Shown here: positions 48,389-62,526 of the stretch, one piece after another
Layout: the number at the start of each line of letters is the position of its first letter
Position numbering within the stretch: position 1 is the first letter of the stretch
Position numbers and translations under genes: made by a program
The notes under the pieces: generated by a model
Told to the model about the DNA's origin: nothing
Databases searched by the model: none
The model's input: only the letters and a program-made list of their open reading frames with translations
NCBI RefSeq assembly: GCF_009914755.1
Contig: NC_060946.1
Source of the DNA: the human T2T-CHM13v2.0 reference genome, Homo sapiens
Direction: 5' to 3' (one strand)
Length of the DNA stretch: 64,000 bases

Positions 48389-48639
48389 TAGTTTCCTAAC
48401 CCTAACCCTATTAGGAAACTATTAGTTTCCTAAGGCTGTTGTAATAAATATATGTTGTAATAAATATATATTAACAAACATAAATATATATCATATGTAT
48501 ATGATATATATCCTCATTTAATCCTTCTAACAATCCAATGATGTAGCTACTACTATTATCTCCATTTTAGGAAAAAGGAAGCTGAGGCTGAGGGGTGTGC
48601 CCACACACAGGCACACAGTTATTAAGAAGCAGAGCTGAG

Positions 48640-49111
48640 CTATTCACAATAGCAAAGGTGTGGAATCAACCTAGGTGCCCATCAATGGTGGACTGGATTA
48701 AGAAAATGTGGTACATGCACACCGTGGAATACTACACAGCCATAAAAAAAGACTGAAATCATGTCCTTTGCACAACATGGATGCAGCTGGAGGCCATTAT
48801 CCTAAGAGAATTTATACAGGAACAGAAAACCAAATACTGCATGTTCTCACTGATAAGTGGGAGCTAAGCACTGAGTACACAGACACAATGATGAGAATAA
48901 CAGATACTGGGGACTACTAGAGTGGGGAGGGAGAAAGTGGGGTGTGGGCTGAAAAACCACCTGTTGGGTACTATGCTCACTACCTGGGTGGCGGGATTAT
49001 TCATGCCCCAAACCTCAGCATTCTGCAAAATACCCACGTAACAAACCAGCACATGTATTCCTTGAATCTAAAATGTTGAAATTATTGTAAATAATAATAA
49101 TAACGAAGAAG
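48640..49111 (+). mobile_element. Short 3'-end L1 (L1PA/L1PB type) inserted into a MIR
   Basis: L1 3'-UTR motifs; TSD AAGAAGCAGAGCTGAG 48624-48639 and AAGAATCAGAGCTGAG 49112-49127. Confidence 0.85.
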
Positions 49112-50547
49112 AAGAATCAGAGCTGAGATTTGAGCCCTGGCAGCCTAGCTCCAGAGTCAACATTTTTAGCCATAATGCCATGATACTTTATAAAATTGAT
49201 TCATGCATTTGAAAAATACTTATTGAGCACTTACGATGTGCTAGGCACTGATTTAGACGCTAGAGATAGGGCAGAGGATGAGAAAGACAAAGCTCCCCAT
49301 CCCCGCCAAGCTTACACATTAGTGAGGAGTGACTTGTGACTACAGGGGAAAGAGTGTCCTCAGGAAAGAACCAGGCTTGAGTTGGTGCAAACGAGCCAAT
49401 GCCCAGAGAAGAGCTTTGGGAGCTGGGAGAATAGAAGACAGGGTCAGATTAAGAGGGATACAGAGCCCGAGGGGGAAAAAAGTCCCCGGGCTGAGAACCC
49501 AGAAGGTGAGGGAGGAACTGGGAGTCCTGGGATTCTTGTGAGAGCAGAGATAAATAATGATGTCCATCATAAGCACATAGGTTTTATAAATTGACAAGAG
49601 GGCAAAGGATGTAAATAGGCAACTCAAAGAAGAACAAATCGCAGTGGCAAATAATAATAATAAATTCACTAGTCAGGAAAATAAATGCAAATTAAAGTTT
49701 AAATGAGTTACCATTTTAAAACCATAAGACCAGCAAAAATTTAAAAAGCTATAATGCCTATTGCTTATAAAGGTCCAGAGAAAAAGATACTGTCATACAC
49801 AGCCACTAGAAATGTGAAACATTACAGTATTTTTAAAAAAGCAAATAGATAACATGTTTAAAAATGTTTTTAAAAATCTTCAACCAAGAGTCTTACTCCT
49901 GGCATCCATTCCATACAAATGAAAGCATCAGTATGTAAGGACACATAAAGAAAGATTGTTTAAAGAGGAAAAAATATTAAAAATAAAAGAAATGAATGCC
50001 CAACAAAAAGAGAATGGCTAATGTTCTGCTTGTTGGAATATCTTGCAGATTTAAGCTTCCACTGAGAACAAATGAAAAAGACAGAAAAAATGCATCAAAA
50101 CACCTGTTTGAAGCATAAGAGAGCTGCGGAGGCAACCAGGACCCAGAGGGACAAAAATCTGAGAGAAGGGTGAAGCTGGAAGAGAATGAGCCATTTGCTA
50201 ATCTGGGAGCAGGGCAAGGGGCTCAGGACTGGGGCAGACGGCCCAGGCAGACAGAGAAGCAAGTAAAGTATGTGAGGAGCTCATGAAACTGGAGACAACA
50301 AAAGGAGAGACCCAAATGACTGGATTGCTAGTGAGAAAGAAAAATAAGAAACATGACCAACACTCTGCCCCTTTTCCTCCCAAAGTATTTGGTGAATTCT
50401 TAAGCTGTGTGGGGCAGAAGACTAAGTAGGCAGGAAGCCTCTGAGAAGCAAAAGGGATTTTTTGGTCACCTTGTGGTCCTGAGGAAATAAGGACTGGAGT
50501 TCAGGACCTCCTGGAGGGGAAGGGGCAGGGCTCAGAGAATAACCCAG

Positions 50548-52845
50548 TGATATGGTTTGGCTGTGTCCCCACCCAAATCTCATCTTGAATTCCCATGTGT
50601 TTTGGGAGGCACCTGGTGGGAGGTAATTGAATCATGGGAGGAAGTCTTTCCCGTGCTGTTCTCATGATAGTGAATAGGTCTCAAGAGATCTGACGGTTTT
50701 AAAAAGAGGCGTTCCCCTGCACAAGCTCTCTCTCATTTATTGCCTGCCGCCATCCATGTAAGATGAGACTTCCTCCTCCTTGCCTTCTGCCATGATTGTG
50801 AGGCTTCCCTAGCCACATGGAACTCTAAGTCCAGTTAAACTTCTTTCTTTTGTAAATTGCTCAGTCTTGGGTATGTCTTTATCAGCAGCATGAAAATGAT
50901 CTAATACAGTAAATTGGTACCAGTAGAGTGGGGCATTGCTGAAAAGATACCTGAAAATGTGGAAGTGACTTTGGAACTGGGTAACAGGCAGAGGTTGAAA
51001 CACTTTGGAGGGCTCATAAGAAGATAGGAAAATGTGGGAAAGTTTGGAAATTCCTAGAGACTTGTTGAATGGCTTTGACAAAAATGCTAATAGTAATATG
51101 AACAATAAGGTCCAGGCTGAGGGGGTCTCAGATGGAGATGAGGCACTTGTTGGGAACTGGAGCAAAGGTGACTTGTTACATTTTAGCAAAAAGACTGGCG
51201 GCATTTTGCCTCTGCCCTAGAGATTTGTGGAACTTTGAACTTGAGAGAGATGATTTAGGGTATCTGGCAGAAGAAATTTCTAGGCAGCAAAGCATTCAAG
51301 AGGTGACTTGGGTGATGTTAAAAGCATTCAGTTTTATGAGGGAAGCAGAGTATAAAACTTCAGAAAATTTGCAGCCTGACAATGCGATAGAAAAGAAAAT
51401 CCCATTTTCTGAGCAGAAATTCAAGCTGGTGGCAGAAATGTGCATAAGTAACGAGGAGGAGAATATTAATCCCCAAGACAATGGTGAAAATGTCTCCAGG
51501 GCATGTCAGAGGTCTTCACAGCAGCCCCTCCCATCACAGGCCTGGAGGTCTAGGAGGAAAAAGCAGTTTCATAGGCTGGGCCCAGGGTCCCTGAGCTGTG
51601 TGCAGACTAGGGACTTGGTGCCCTGCATCCCAGCAGCTCCAGCCATGGCTGAAAGGGGCCAATTTAGAGCTTGGGCCATAGCTTCAGAGGGACCAAGCCT
51701 CAAGCCTTGGCAGCTTCCACATGGTGTTGAGCCTGTGAGTGCACAGAAGTCAAGAATTGAGGTTTGGGAACCTCTGCCTAGATTTCAGAAGATCTACGGA
51801 AACGCCTGGATGTCTAAGCAGAAGTTTGCCCGCAGGGGCAGGGCTCTCATAGACAACCTCTGCTAGGGCAGTGCAGAAGGGAAATGTGGGGGCAGGGCCC
51901 CCACACAGAGTCCCTACTGGGGCACTGCCTAGTGGAGCTGTGAGAAGAGGGCCACCATCCTCCAAACCCCAGAACGGTAGATCCACTGAAAGCTTGGACC
52001 ATGCTCCTGGAAAAGCTGCAGACACTCAATGTCAGCCCATGAAAGCAGCCGGGAGGGAGGCTGTACCCTGAAAAGCCACAGGGGCGGAGCTGCCCAAGAC
52101 CATGGGAACCCACCTCTTACATCAGTGTGACCTGGATGTGAGACATGGAGTCAAAGGAGATCATTTTAGAGCTTTAAGATTTGACTGCCCCACTGGATTT
52201 CAGACTTGCATGGGGCCTGTAGCCCATTTGTTTTGGCCAATTTCTCCCATTTTGAATGGCTGTATTTACCCAACACCTGTACCCTCATTGTATCTAGGAA
52301 GCAACTAACTTGCTTTTGATTTTACAGGCTCATAGGCAGAAGGGACTTGCCTTGTCTTGGATGAGACTTTGGACTATGGACTTTTGAGTTAATGCTGAAA
52401 TGAGTTAAGACTTTGGGGGACTATTGGGAAGGCATGATTGGTTTTGAAATGTGAGAACATGAGATTTGGAAGGGGCCAGGGGCAGAATGATATGGTTTAG
52501 CTGTGTCCCCACCCAAATCTCATCTTGAATTCCCATGTGTTTGGGAGGGACCTGGTGGGAGGTAATTGAATCATGGGGGCAAGTCTTTCCTGTGCTGTTC
52601 TCTTGATGGTGAATAAGTCACATGAGATCTGATGGTTTTAAAAGAAGGCATTCTCCTGCACAAGCTCTCTCATTTTTTGCCTGCCACCATCTACATAAGA
52701 TGTGACTTGTTCCTCCTCGCCTTCCACCATGATTGTGAGGCTTCCCCAGCCATGTGGAACTGTAAGTCCAATTAAGCCTCTTTCTTTTGTAAATTTTTCA
52801 GTCTCAGGTATGTCTTCATCAGCAGCGTGAAAACGGACTGATACA
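50548..52845 (+). mobile_element. Full-length THE1A (MaLR) retrotransposon: LTR 50548-50908, internal 50909-52487, LTR 52488-52845
   Basis: Two similar LTRs starting TGATATGGTTT and ending ATACA; MaLR internal sequence; 5-bp TSD CCCAG at 50543-50547 and 52846-52850. Confidence 0.95.
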
Positions 52846-55296
52846 CCCAGGCTCTGAGTTAGAGCTTTTGAAGTTTTATGCCCTAGGAGCAGGAGTAGTT
52901 AAAAAAAACAAATGCTAACAGCCTTGCCAAAATTCAATCCAGCCTCAAATCCACCAGTCCCTTACTGGACTAAGGTTATGAGTCCCCACTCTATCTGCCT
53001 AGCAAAGCAGAGGATGACCTATTATCCAGAGCCTCTTAATTTTCTTAATAAATAGTATTTGATATTCAATAAAAATCTACCTGGCATTCTAAGAGACAGA
53101 ACCATATAACCCAATATCCAGAAAGAAAAAAAAACAGACAATAGAAACAGATCTACAGGTGATCCAGATATTGGAAATACCAGAAAAAAAAAGCTATGAA
53201 TATGTTTAAGAGAATACCGGAGTATATTGAGACAAAAGAAGAAAAAAACACAGATACAAAATATGTTAAAAATAACCTAATGAGCATCCCACTACTGAAA
53301 AATATAATACTAAAATTAAGAACTCGGTGAGTACAACTAACCACAGATTGAAAAATGCAGAACATGGGATTAGCAAACTGGAAGGCAGATCAATAGGAAA
53401 TACTGGGGCTGAAGCGCTGAAAGCAAAAAGATAGAAACTACACAAAAGAGTGAAGAGAGGCATGTGGGATCCTGGAAAGGAGTCCAGGGAGGGAGGAGAG
53501 AATGCGCATAACAACAGGAGAGGAGGCAGTGGCTGAGAATTTGTCACAACTGATAAAACACATTAACCTACAGATACAAGAAGAACTGCAGACTCCAGCA
53601 GGATTCATATAAAGAAAGCTGCATTGAGACTCATCCTAGTACAACTGCTGAAATCCAAAGACAGAGGAAAATCTTAAGAGCTGCTAGAGAAAAAAAAGAC
53701 ACATTATACCCAATAAGATACATGGTTGATTTATCAACAAAACTGATAGAAGACATAGACCATGGAACGGTATCTTTAAAATGCCAGAAGAAAATGATTG
53801 CCAACCTAGAATGTTTTTCCCAGCTAAAATATTTTTTAAAATAAGGGTGGACTTTTTGCTTTCACCTCTGACATGTAAACAGCTTGGAAGTCATCATTCC
53901 CATCCTTACAACAAGAAAAAAGACAAACTGCAAATTAATGACGTTTCACAGAACCATCAGAGAAACATAAAATCTGGAGAGAGAAATGAAGACAGAGAAT
54001 CACAGCCATGATCAGCTTACCTGGAGCAGAAGCCACTGAGACCAGAAACTGGTAGGGATACCTAAGTGGTAATTTTGACAAATTGCTGGAGGCTGAGTGT
54101 GAATTAGCTTGAGAGGGAGCGATTTCTAGTGGCCCTGTCTTTGGAGGAAGGGGCAGGGGGAGGGCGCACTTTCATGGGCTTTCATGCCAGAAGTCCCATC
54201 AGGTTCTCAAGGTGAATATCCCCTAAAAATCCCCTTGGGTTTCAAACTCAGGCAAATTAAAGCCAAAGTAGGTAAAGTAAGTAGGAATAAAGAAATAATA
54301 AAGATAAAAGTAAAAATCAGTGAAGTAGAATATAGGCAAACAATAGAGGAAATCAATGAAACCACAGCTTGTTTTAGAAAAAGATCAATAAAAGTGATAA
54401 ACCTCTAGCTAGACAAGTCACAAAACAAACAGAAAATATTTTAAAATTACCAATCAGAAGCGGAAAAGGGAAAAATCATTAAGGATCTTATACCTATTTA
54501 AAGGATAATGAGGCATGAGTCCATTCTAATATGAATAAATGGTTGAGTAAGTTAGTAAGTGGAAGAAAAGAGACAAATATCCCATGAAAAAGGATTCCAA
54601 ATAACACCTGTTGTTGTGGCTTGAAAGAGCTGGAGCATTGTAACTCCCCACTTCTTCCCTGAGGGCTGTGCACCATGGATTTCTTCCAAAGACGAAAATC
54701 TTTCCAATAACGAAGAGGGGAGAAAAAGAATAACTTGACAGTAGTGAAACCTCTGCCAGGTGACAAAGTCAGGTAACACACTTCAGCCAGTGACAGGTTC
54801 AGCACCAACAGTGATGAGTCATATTAATAGCAGGTGCCCTTGACAAATTGTGATGAGAAGGGCACCCGCCTCTGCGGTCTTCCTTCCAAAAACACATTAC
54901 CCAGTCTAATCATGAGAAAAATATCACACAAATCCCAATTGAGGGATGCTCCACAAAATATCTGATCAGTAATCCTCAGAACTGTCAAGGCCATCAAAAA
55001 CAAGGCAAGTCTAGGAAACTCTCACAGCCAAGGGGAGCCTCAGGAGACATGAAGACTCAATAGAATGTGATACCCTAGATACGATCCTAGACAGGAAAAG
55101 GACATGAAGTGAAGAGGTAAGGAAACGTGAAGAAACCAGGGACACTTGGAGAGTGTTGCCAGTACATTTGCATTTAAAGTACAAAAGGGAGGTCTTTAGG
55201 CAGAATTTAAAAATGAGTCCAGGTGCAAACACAAAATGTGAGATGGAAAGAAGAGCAGCAAGAGTAAATATGTAGATTCATTTGACAAATTATTTA

Positions 55297-55715
<419 letters not shown>

Positions 55716-56474
55716 CTAGCATTGTTAGGGAAGTGGTGAACAATGATTTCTATTTGACAACAGTAACACAGGCTGCGTGTCACAGTCTCTCATGCAGCTT
55801 CTATGAGACTAATATAAGAACAAAGCAACTCATAAGCTAATAGACAGGAAAATGAAATAACACAACAGAGCGAGACCCTGTCTCAAAAAAAAAAAAAAAA
55901 AAGTTGGATAATCCTAAAAGAAGGCAACAAAGGACAGAAGAAGAAACATGAGACAGCCGGGTCAAATAGAAAAAAACAAAAACATTACAATGACAGATAT
56001 AAAGCCAACTATATAGATAATTAAATATGTATAGAACGGACCGAATACTTCAAGTGGAAGACTCAGACTATCAGACTGTATTTTTTTAATTGGCTATATG
56101 CTGCCCACAAGAGACTTGCTCTCAATAAGTAACCAGATAGTTTGAAAGCAAAAGGATAGAAAAGGATACGCCATGTGAACACTCATCAAAAGAAAGCCGA
56201 AGTGACTACATTATTATCAGATGACATAGGCCTGAAGGCAAATGGCATTCCTCTTTGTCAAAAGAGTTATGACCTAATGATAAAGGAAACAATTCATGGG
56301 AAGTTTTAATAAATTCTAAATTTATTTGTACCCAGTAATTAGCTTCAAAGTGAATAATTCAACAGTCAACAGAATGAAGAAAGGATCTCACTAGACAAAC
56401 CTACAATCGGATGGAAGACCTTAACACACTTCACTCATCACTTAATAGAGTGAGCCCACAAAAATGTGGTAAGG

Positions 56475-56777
56475 GGCCGGGTGCAGTGGCTCACGCATGT
56501 AATCTCAGCACTTTGGGAGGCCAAGGCGGGTGGATCACCTGAGGTCAGGAGTTTGATACCAGCCTGACCAACATGGTGAAACCCCGTCTCTACTAAAACT
56601 ACAAAATTAGCCAGGTGTGGTGGTGTATGCCTGTAATCCCAGCTACTCGGGAGGCTGAGACAGGAGAATCGCTTGAACCCAGGAGGCGGAGATTTGCAGT
56701 GAGCCAAGATTGCTGCCATTGCACTCCAGCCTGGGCAACAAGAGCAAAACGCCATCTAAAAAAAAAAAAGAAAAGAA
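56475..56777 (+). mobile_element. AluSq/Sp-like
   Basis: Dimeric Alu; TSD approximately aatgtggtaagg. Confidence 0.93.
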
Positions 56778-56849
56778 AATTAAAAACAATGTGGTAAGGA
56801 TATAGAAGTTCTGAAGGACACAATTAATAAAATGAACCCAATTGACATG

Positions 56850-57295
56850 CTGTTATGGACCGCATAATGGCATTTTGGTCAGCAGTGGACCATATACCAC
56901 AGTGATGCCATAAGATTATATCATATTTGTTCTGTACCTTTTCTATGTTTAGATACACAAATACTTATCATTGCATTACAATGGCCTACACTGTGCGGTA
57001 TAATACCATGCTGTACAGATCTGTAGCCTGAAAGCAATAGGTTATACCACATAGCTTAGGTGTGTAGGAGGCTATAGCACCTAGGTTTGTTGTAAGGTTA
57101 TACCACATAGCTTAGCTGTGTAGGAGGCTATAGCACCTAGGTTTGTTGTAAGGTTATACCACATAGCTTAGCTGTGTAGGAGGCTATAGCACCTAGGTTT
57201 GTTGTAACCACACTCTAGGATATCTGCACAACAACCAAATCGCCTAACAATGCGTTTCTCAGAATGTGTCCCTGTCATTAAGCCGCATATGACTG
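56850..57295 (+). mobile_element. Tigger3a (MER7A/Golem_A) DNA transposon with an internal triplication
   Basis: ccataagattata...tgtaccttttctatgtttagatacacaaatactta...ttaagccgcatatgactg matches the Tigger3a consensus. Confidence 0.85.
57039..57206. repeat. 3 x 56-bp tandem repeat inside Tigger3a
   Basis: Units start at 57039, 57095 and 57151; one mismatch among the copies. Confidence 0.96.
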
Positions 57296-57351
57296 AATGT
57301 AGGAAACTGAACCTCCAGTGGCAGAGAACACGCGTTCTTTTCCAGTGTTTA

Positions 57352-57705
<354 letters not shown>

Positions 57706-58313
57706 TCAGCATATTTCAAAGGATAGACTGAAGTCATTTAGACTTTAGAATCTATTCTCTGATCACAATGGAATCAACTTTAAAATCAATCATTAAAAAA
57801 AAAAACACTAGAAAATCCCAACTGTTTTGGAAATTAAATACATTTTAAAAATAAACCATTAGAAAAAGAAAACAATCACAAGGAGAATTATAAAACATTT
57901 TGAATGAAATGATATTGAAAAGATAGTATACTAAAACCTATATTAATGTGGCTAAACCTGTTCAAGCACTTACAGGGCAATGGAGAGCCACAACTTCATA
58001 CACCAGAGAAATAAAGGCTGAAAATCAATGGTTTAAATTTCTAATTTTCAAGAAATTAGAAAAAGAACAGCAAACTAAATTCAAATTAAGTAGAAGGAAG
58101 AAAATAATCAATATAACAGCAAAATTAATGAAATGTAAAATGCATATACAACAGAAAAAAATGACAACACAAAGTTGTGATTTTGAAAAGACTAACAAAA
58201 CTGACAGACCTCAACGTCTGCCTCTGGATAGGATGGAGCAAGCAAACATTCCCAATTAAAACAACCAGAAAAGCCCACTTGATTACAAAAGTAATCTTTT
58301 CAAAGGCATCTAA

Positions 58314-58630
58314 GGCCAGGTGAGGTGGCTCACATCTGTAATCCCAGCACTTTGGGAGGCTGAGGCCGGTGGATCACCTGAGGTCAGCAGTTTGAAACCA
58401 CCCTGGCCAACATGGTGAAACCCCGTCTCTACTAAAAATACAAAAATTATCCGGGTATGGTGGCGGGCACCTGTAATCCCAGCTATTTGGGAGGCTGAGG
58501 CAGAAGAATCACTTGAACCTGGGTGGGGGCGGAGTTTGCAGTGAGTAGAGATCGTGCCACTTCACTCCAGCCTGGGCGACGGAGCAAAACTCTGTCTCAA
58601 AAATATAAAATAAAATAAAATAAAATAAGA
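58314..58630 (+). mobile_element. AluSx-like
   Basis: Dimeric Alu, (AAAAT)n tail, TSD approximately aaaggcatc. Confidence 0.92.
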
Positions 58631-59738
58631 CAAAAGGCATCAGAGAGCAATGAGGACTAAAGGGAGTAAAACTGCAAGGCGGGGGAACCTTTCAGAGGCG
58701 ACCTAGGGATGTGTGAACAGCTGGTGATTGTGGGGGTGGACATTAAACAGAGAAATTGGGTTGGTCCAGGCAGAGGCCACTCCCGCACTGTGAGTTATGT
58801 GGCCCTGGAGTGACAAAATTGGAGACCCGGGTGGGCCCAAGTTATGACTGGTTTCCCTTTGCAGACAGGAGCCGAACTCTGCAAGGATGGAAGCCCCCAC
58901 ACTTTCGTGGTACGCAGGGGATCGAAGCCCAGGGAGAAAGGCCCTGAGAATACAAAAGTGAGCATATGGAGAGCCCTAGAGGAGGGGTCAGCTGAGGCTG
59001 TGGCTGCTTTTGCCCTCAGGGAACGTGCCCTTCGGGGCACAGCTGGATGCCAAGAGAATCTGGCCGTGTCCTCGGTGGAAGGACATTGCTGGAGGATGGA
59101 GGAATAAGTAACAACTTCTGAAGGTTGTGTAGGGCTTGGACTGACAAAACTGAAGATGTGAGGGACCTCCAATACAAAGCTGGTCATCCCCTTAAAATAT
59201 CCACAGAATTAGGAAGCTGTTTGGAACAGGAAGCTCAAGAACTAAACCTATTCACTCCTCCCCCAACACACACCAGCTGCCCTCAGTAATGTGAGGCTGC
59301 CACCGGTTTCTCTAGGTGTTTCCTCAGCCCCTGAACAAGGATGGAGAACCTTTGCTCCGTGTGCTGAATCTGACTAGGCCTCACAGCAAGCCTCAGGAAC
59401 TCCCGCTGTGCCGACAGCAGTCAAAACACAATGATGTCAGCGGCCCTTGCCTGTGGTACCCCTAATCCAGCACATGCGGGAGAAAACTCCGTGAGGATTT
59501 CTTATGCGCTCTCTCTGGGTCTCTGGCGTTGTGTGGGTGTATCTGTGACTCTTACTGTTTGTCCCTCTTATTATTCTCTTACTTTTGTGTTTTTCCCCCT
59601 CACATAACTGATGTGATACATAACAAAGAGCTTTTAGAATATCTGTTTCCTTTACCAGAGCTATATGTTCCTAACAGAAGATTTACAACTAGAGGAATAC
59701 AAATACTTAATATTTGACTTTAAAAAAAATCTAATTCA

Positions 59739-60042
59739 GCTGGGCATGGGCGTGGTGGCTCACACCTGTAATCCCAGCACTTTCGGAGGCTGAGGTGGGT
59801 GGATCACTTGAACCCAGGTGTTTGTGACCAGCCTGGGCAATATAGTGAGACCTCATCTCTACAAAATAATGTAAAAATTATCCGGGTGTGGTGGTGCATG
59901 CCCGTGGTCCCAGCTACTCAGGAGGGTGAGGTGGCAGGACTGCTTGAGCCTGGGAGGTCGAGGCTGCAGTGAGCCCTGATCACGCCACTGCATTCCAGCC
60001 AGGGTGCCAGGGTGATACCCTATCTCAAAAAAAAAACAAAAA
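59739..60042 (+). mobile_element. AluJ
   Basis: Dimeric AluJ; TSD approximately ctaattca. Confidence 0.9.
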
Positions 60043-60799
60043 CCTAATTCACTCTGTTACCATAAACATTTAGTTTGCTTAGATTAGGGTCGTGTCCCCA
60101 AGGTGGGAAAGAATATGTGTGGGGAATTCATGGTAGTGAGTAAAGAGCAGGCAAATTCTCTGGATATGTGAGTTTCATCAGCAGCCAAAGGGAGGAAGTG
60201 CTCTGCACAGAGGAAGAAGGAAAGCACATCTCGGGCTAAGCCAGGTGAGATGTCCCTGCCGTAGAGCAGGCACAGGAGAAAGGAGCTGAAATCTGGGACA
60301 CAGGGTTGGGCTGTTCCAGACTCCAGCTCCCTACTGCATGTCTCAGGGGCCCTGAGCAAGCTTGCTGATGAGCTCTGCAGCTCTGCGTCTGTCTCCAGAG
60401 GCCGAGGTGGGGTCTCCAGAGGTGGTACTAAGAACAACAGTGAGCTGAACAATGTCCAATGTGTTCACAGAGAATGAAGAAATCAGACACAGACAATTAC
60501 AAGAAGCTGGGATGATCAAGCTGTCCTCAAATTCCTGATAGATTGTACAGCTCAATTAATCTAATGACTCAATTTAACTAATCTTAGCCCATGTGTCGTT
60601 GGGTATTTTGTCATGTTATGTTCCCCGTGGGTCACTGGCCCAAAGCAACAAAATCATTTCCCCTGGTGTCAGAAACTGCACCTTCCACTACATCCCCATT
60701 CCCCATGTGCCTGGTGCCATGCTAAGTGTACAACAGGCACCCTCAAAATGCCTACTGAGAGAAAGGGTGGCAGACAGCTACATTTGCCTACCTGATACA

Positions 60800-61320
60800 T
60801 ATTTCCTCCTCCTCCCATAGGAACACAACCTTGTTTTTTCCATACTAGTAATGCACCCAGCCCCCAATTTTTGTATATAGATATAAAATAAGTATACATA
60901 TTTATATATTTATAAAATTATACATTTATAATTATATATATATTTTTTCCAACCCCCCTTATAGATAGGTATGGCCACATAACACAGTCCTGGTCAATAA
61001 AATGTGAGTGGAAACTTGTTGGGGGAGTATCTAAGAAAGAACTTTTAAAAAAGAAAGACCTGGCTGGCTCAAGCACCTTGCCCTTCATGCCTCCCCATCT
61101 TTGTGCCCGAAACATCTGGAATGGCTGGTGCTCTGGCAGCTAGCCTGCATGCATGAAGATGTACCTGGAGCTGTGGAAAGCTAAAAGCAACCAGGGTGTC
61201 TGATGACATGCTGCACTGGCCCTGTAGCAGCAATATCTGGACTCCTGTTCTCAGAGACAAAAATAACCACCTCTCTTATTTAAACCACCGTTTTGTGGGT
61301 TTTCTGCTAATTCAGCATAT
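60800..61320. mobile_element. ERVL LTR16/LTR33-like remnant
   Basis: ggccacataacacagtcctggtcaataaaatgtgagtggaa motif resembles the LTR16/33 core. Confidence 0.4.
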
Positions 61321-61458
61321 GAAGAAAAGGGAGAGGGGAAGAGAAACAATTCAGACAAAGAATATAAAGGTTCCAGATCACCCTAAAGTTTTCTGCCAAC
61401 TTTACCAGTTCTTACTTGATATTTACGTTAAATAACACATTTAAAAATATACAAGAGT

Positions 61459-61764
61459 CGGCTAGGCGCAGTGGCTCACATCTGTAATCCCAGCACTTTG
61501 GGAAGCCAACACAGGAGGATTTCTTGAGCCCAGGAGTTCAAGAGTGGCCGGGGCAACATAGTGAGACCTCATCTCTACAAAAAAATTTTTAAAAATTATT
61601 CAGGCCTGGTGGCATGGACCTCTAGTTCCAGCTACTTGGGAGGCTGCAGTGGGAGGATCACTTCAGCCCAGGAGATTGAGGCTGCAGTGAGCATGATCGC
61701 ACCATTGCACTCCAGCCTGGGAGACAAAGTGAGATCTTGCCTCTAAATAAATAAATAAATAAAA
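61459..61764 (+). mobile_element. AluJ
   Basis: Dimeric AluJ with (TAAA)n tail. Confidence 0.9.
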
Positions 61765-62202
61765 TGCAAAAGTCAAAGAGGGCCATTTCTTTGGTGGAGA
61801 ATTTCAGAACATTGTTATGTTAAGTGTCAAAGGACAGACCATGAGGTGAATGGTCAGAGCAACGAACAGAGACAGGGTTTCCTGGGAGAGGGAATCCGCA
61901 TCACAGCGTTGCTGTGAGAAATGATTGCAACTACCCAGAACAGGTCTAGACAATTCCAGAAAGAATAGCGCCCTTCTCCTTCCCCTCCTCACAGTAGATA
62001 TCACACATCCAACCATGGAAAGCACATGGCCTTCATTCACCCCTAGTGAGCTCTGCCTCCACCAGGAGGCATGCGTCCACTCAGCATGCTGTCCTTCCTG
62101 GTAATTCACATGAATCAGAAGCTCTGCTATGTCTTATATTAAACAGGAAAGAGGGGAGAAGACAAAGTCTTATTGATAGTTAATAAATATAGTTCATAGA
62201 GT

Positions 62203-62526
62203 TGGCTGGGCGTGGCGGCATGCCTGTAATCCCAGCACTCTGGGAGGCCGAGGCGGGTGGATCACCTGAGGTCAGGAGTTCGCGACCAGCCTGACCAATA
62301 TGGTGAAAACCAGTCTCTACTAAAAATACAAAAATTAGCCAGGCGTGGTTAACCAATATGGTGAAAACTTGTCTACTGAAAATATAAAAATTAGCCAGGT
62401 GCCTGTAGTCCCAGCTACTCAGGAAGCTGAGATAGAATTGCTTGAACCCAGGAGGCAGAGGTTGCAGTGAGCCGAGATCGCGCCACTGCACTCCAGCCTG
62501 GGTGACAGAGTGAGACTCCATTTCAA

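Noticed and set aside
62059-62073. CTCF-like motif CCACCAGGAGGCAT
   Set aside because: A single imperfect match in 64 kb is expected by chance and cannot be supported without ChIP data
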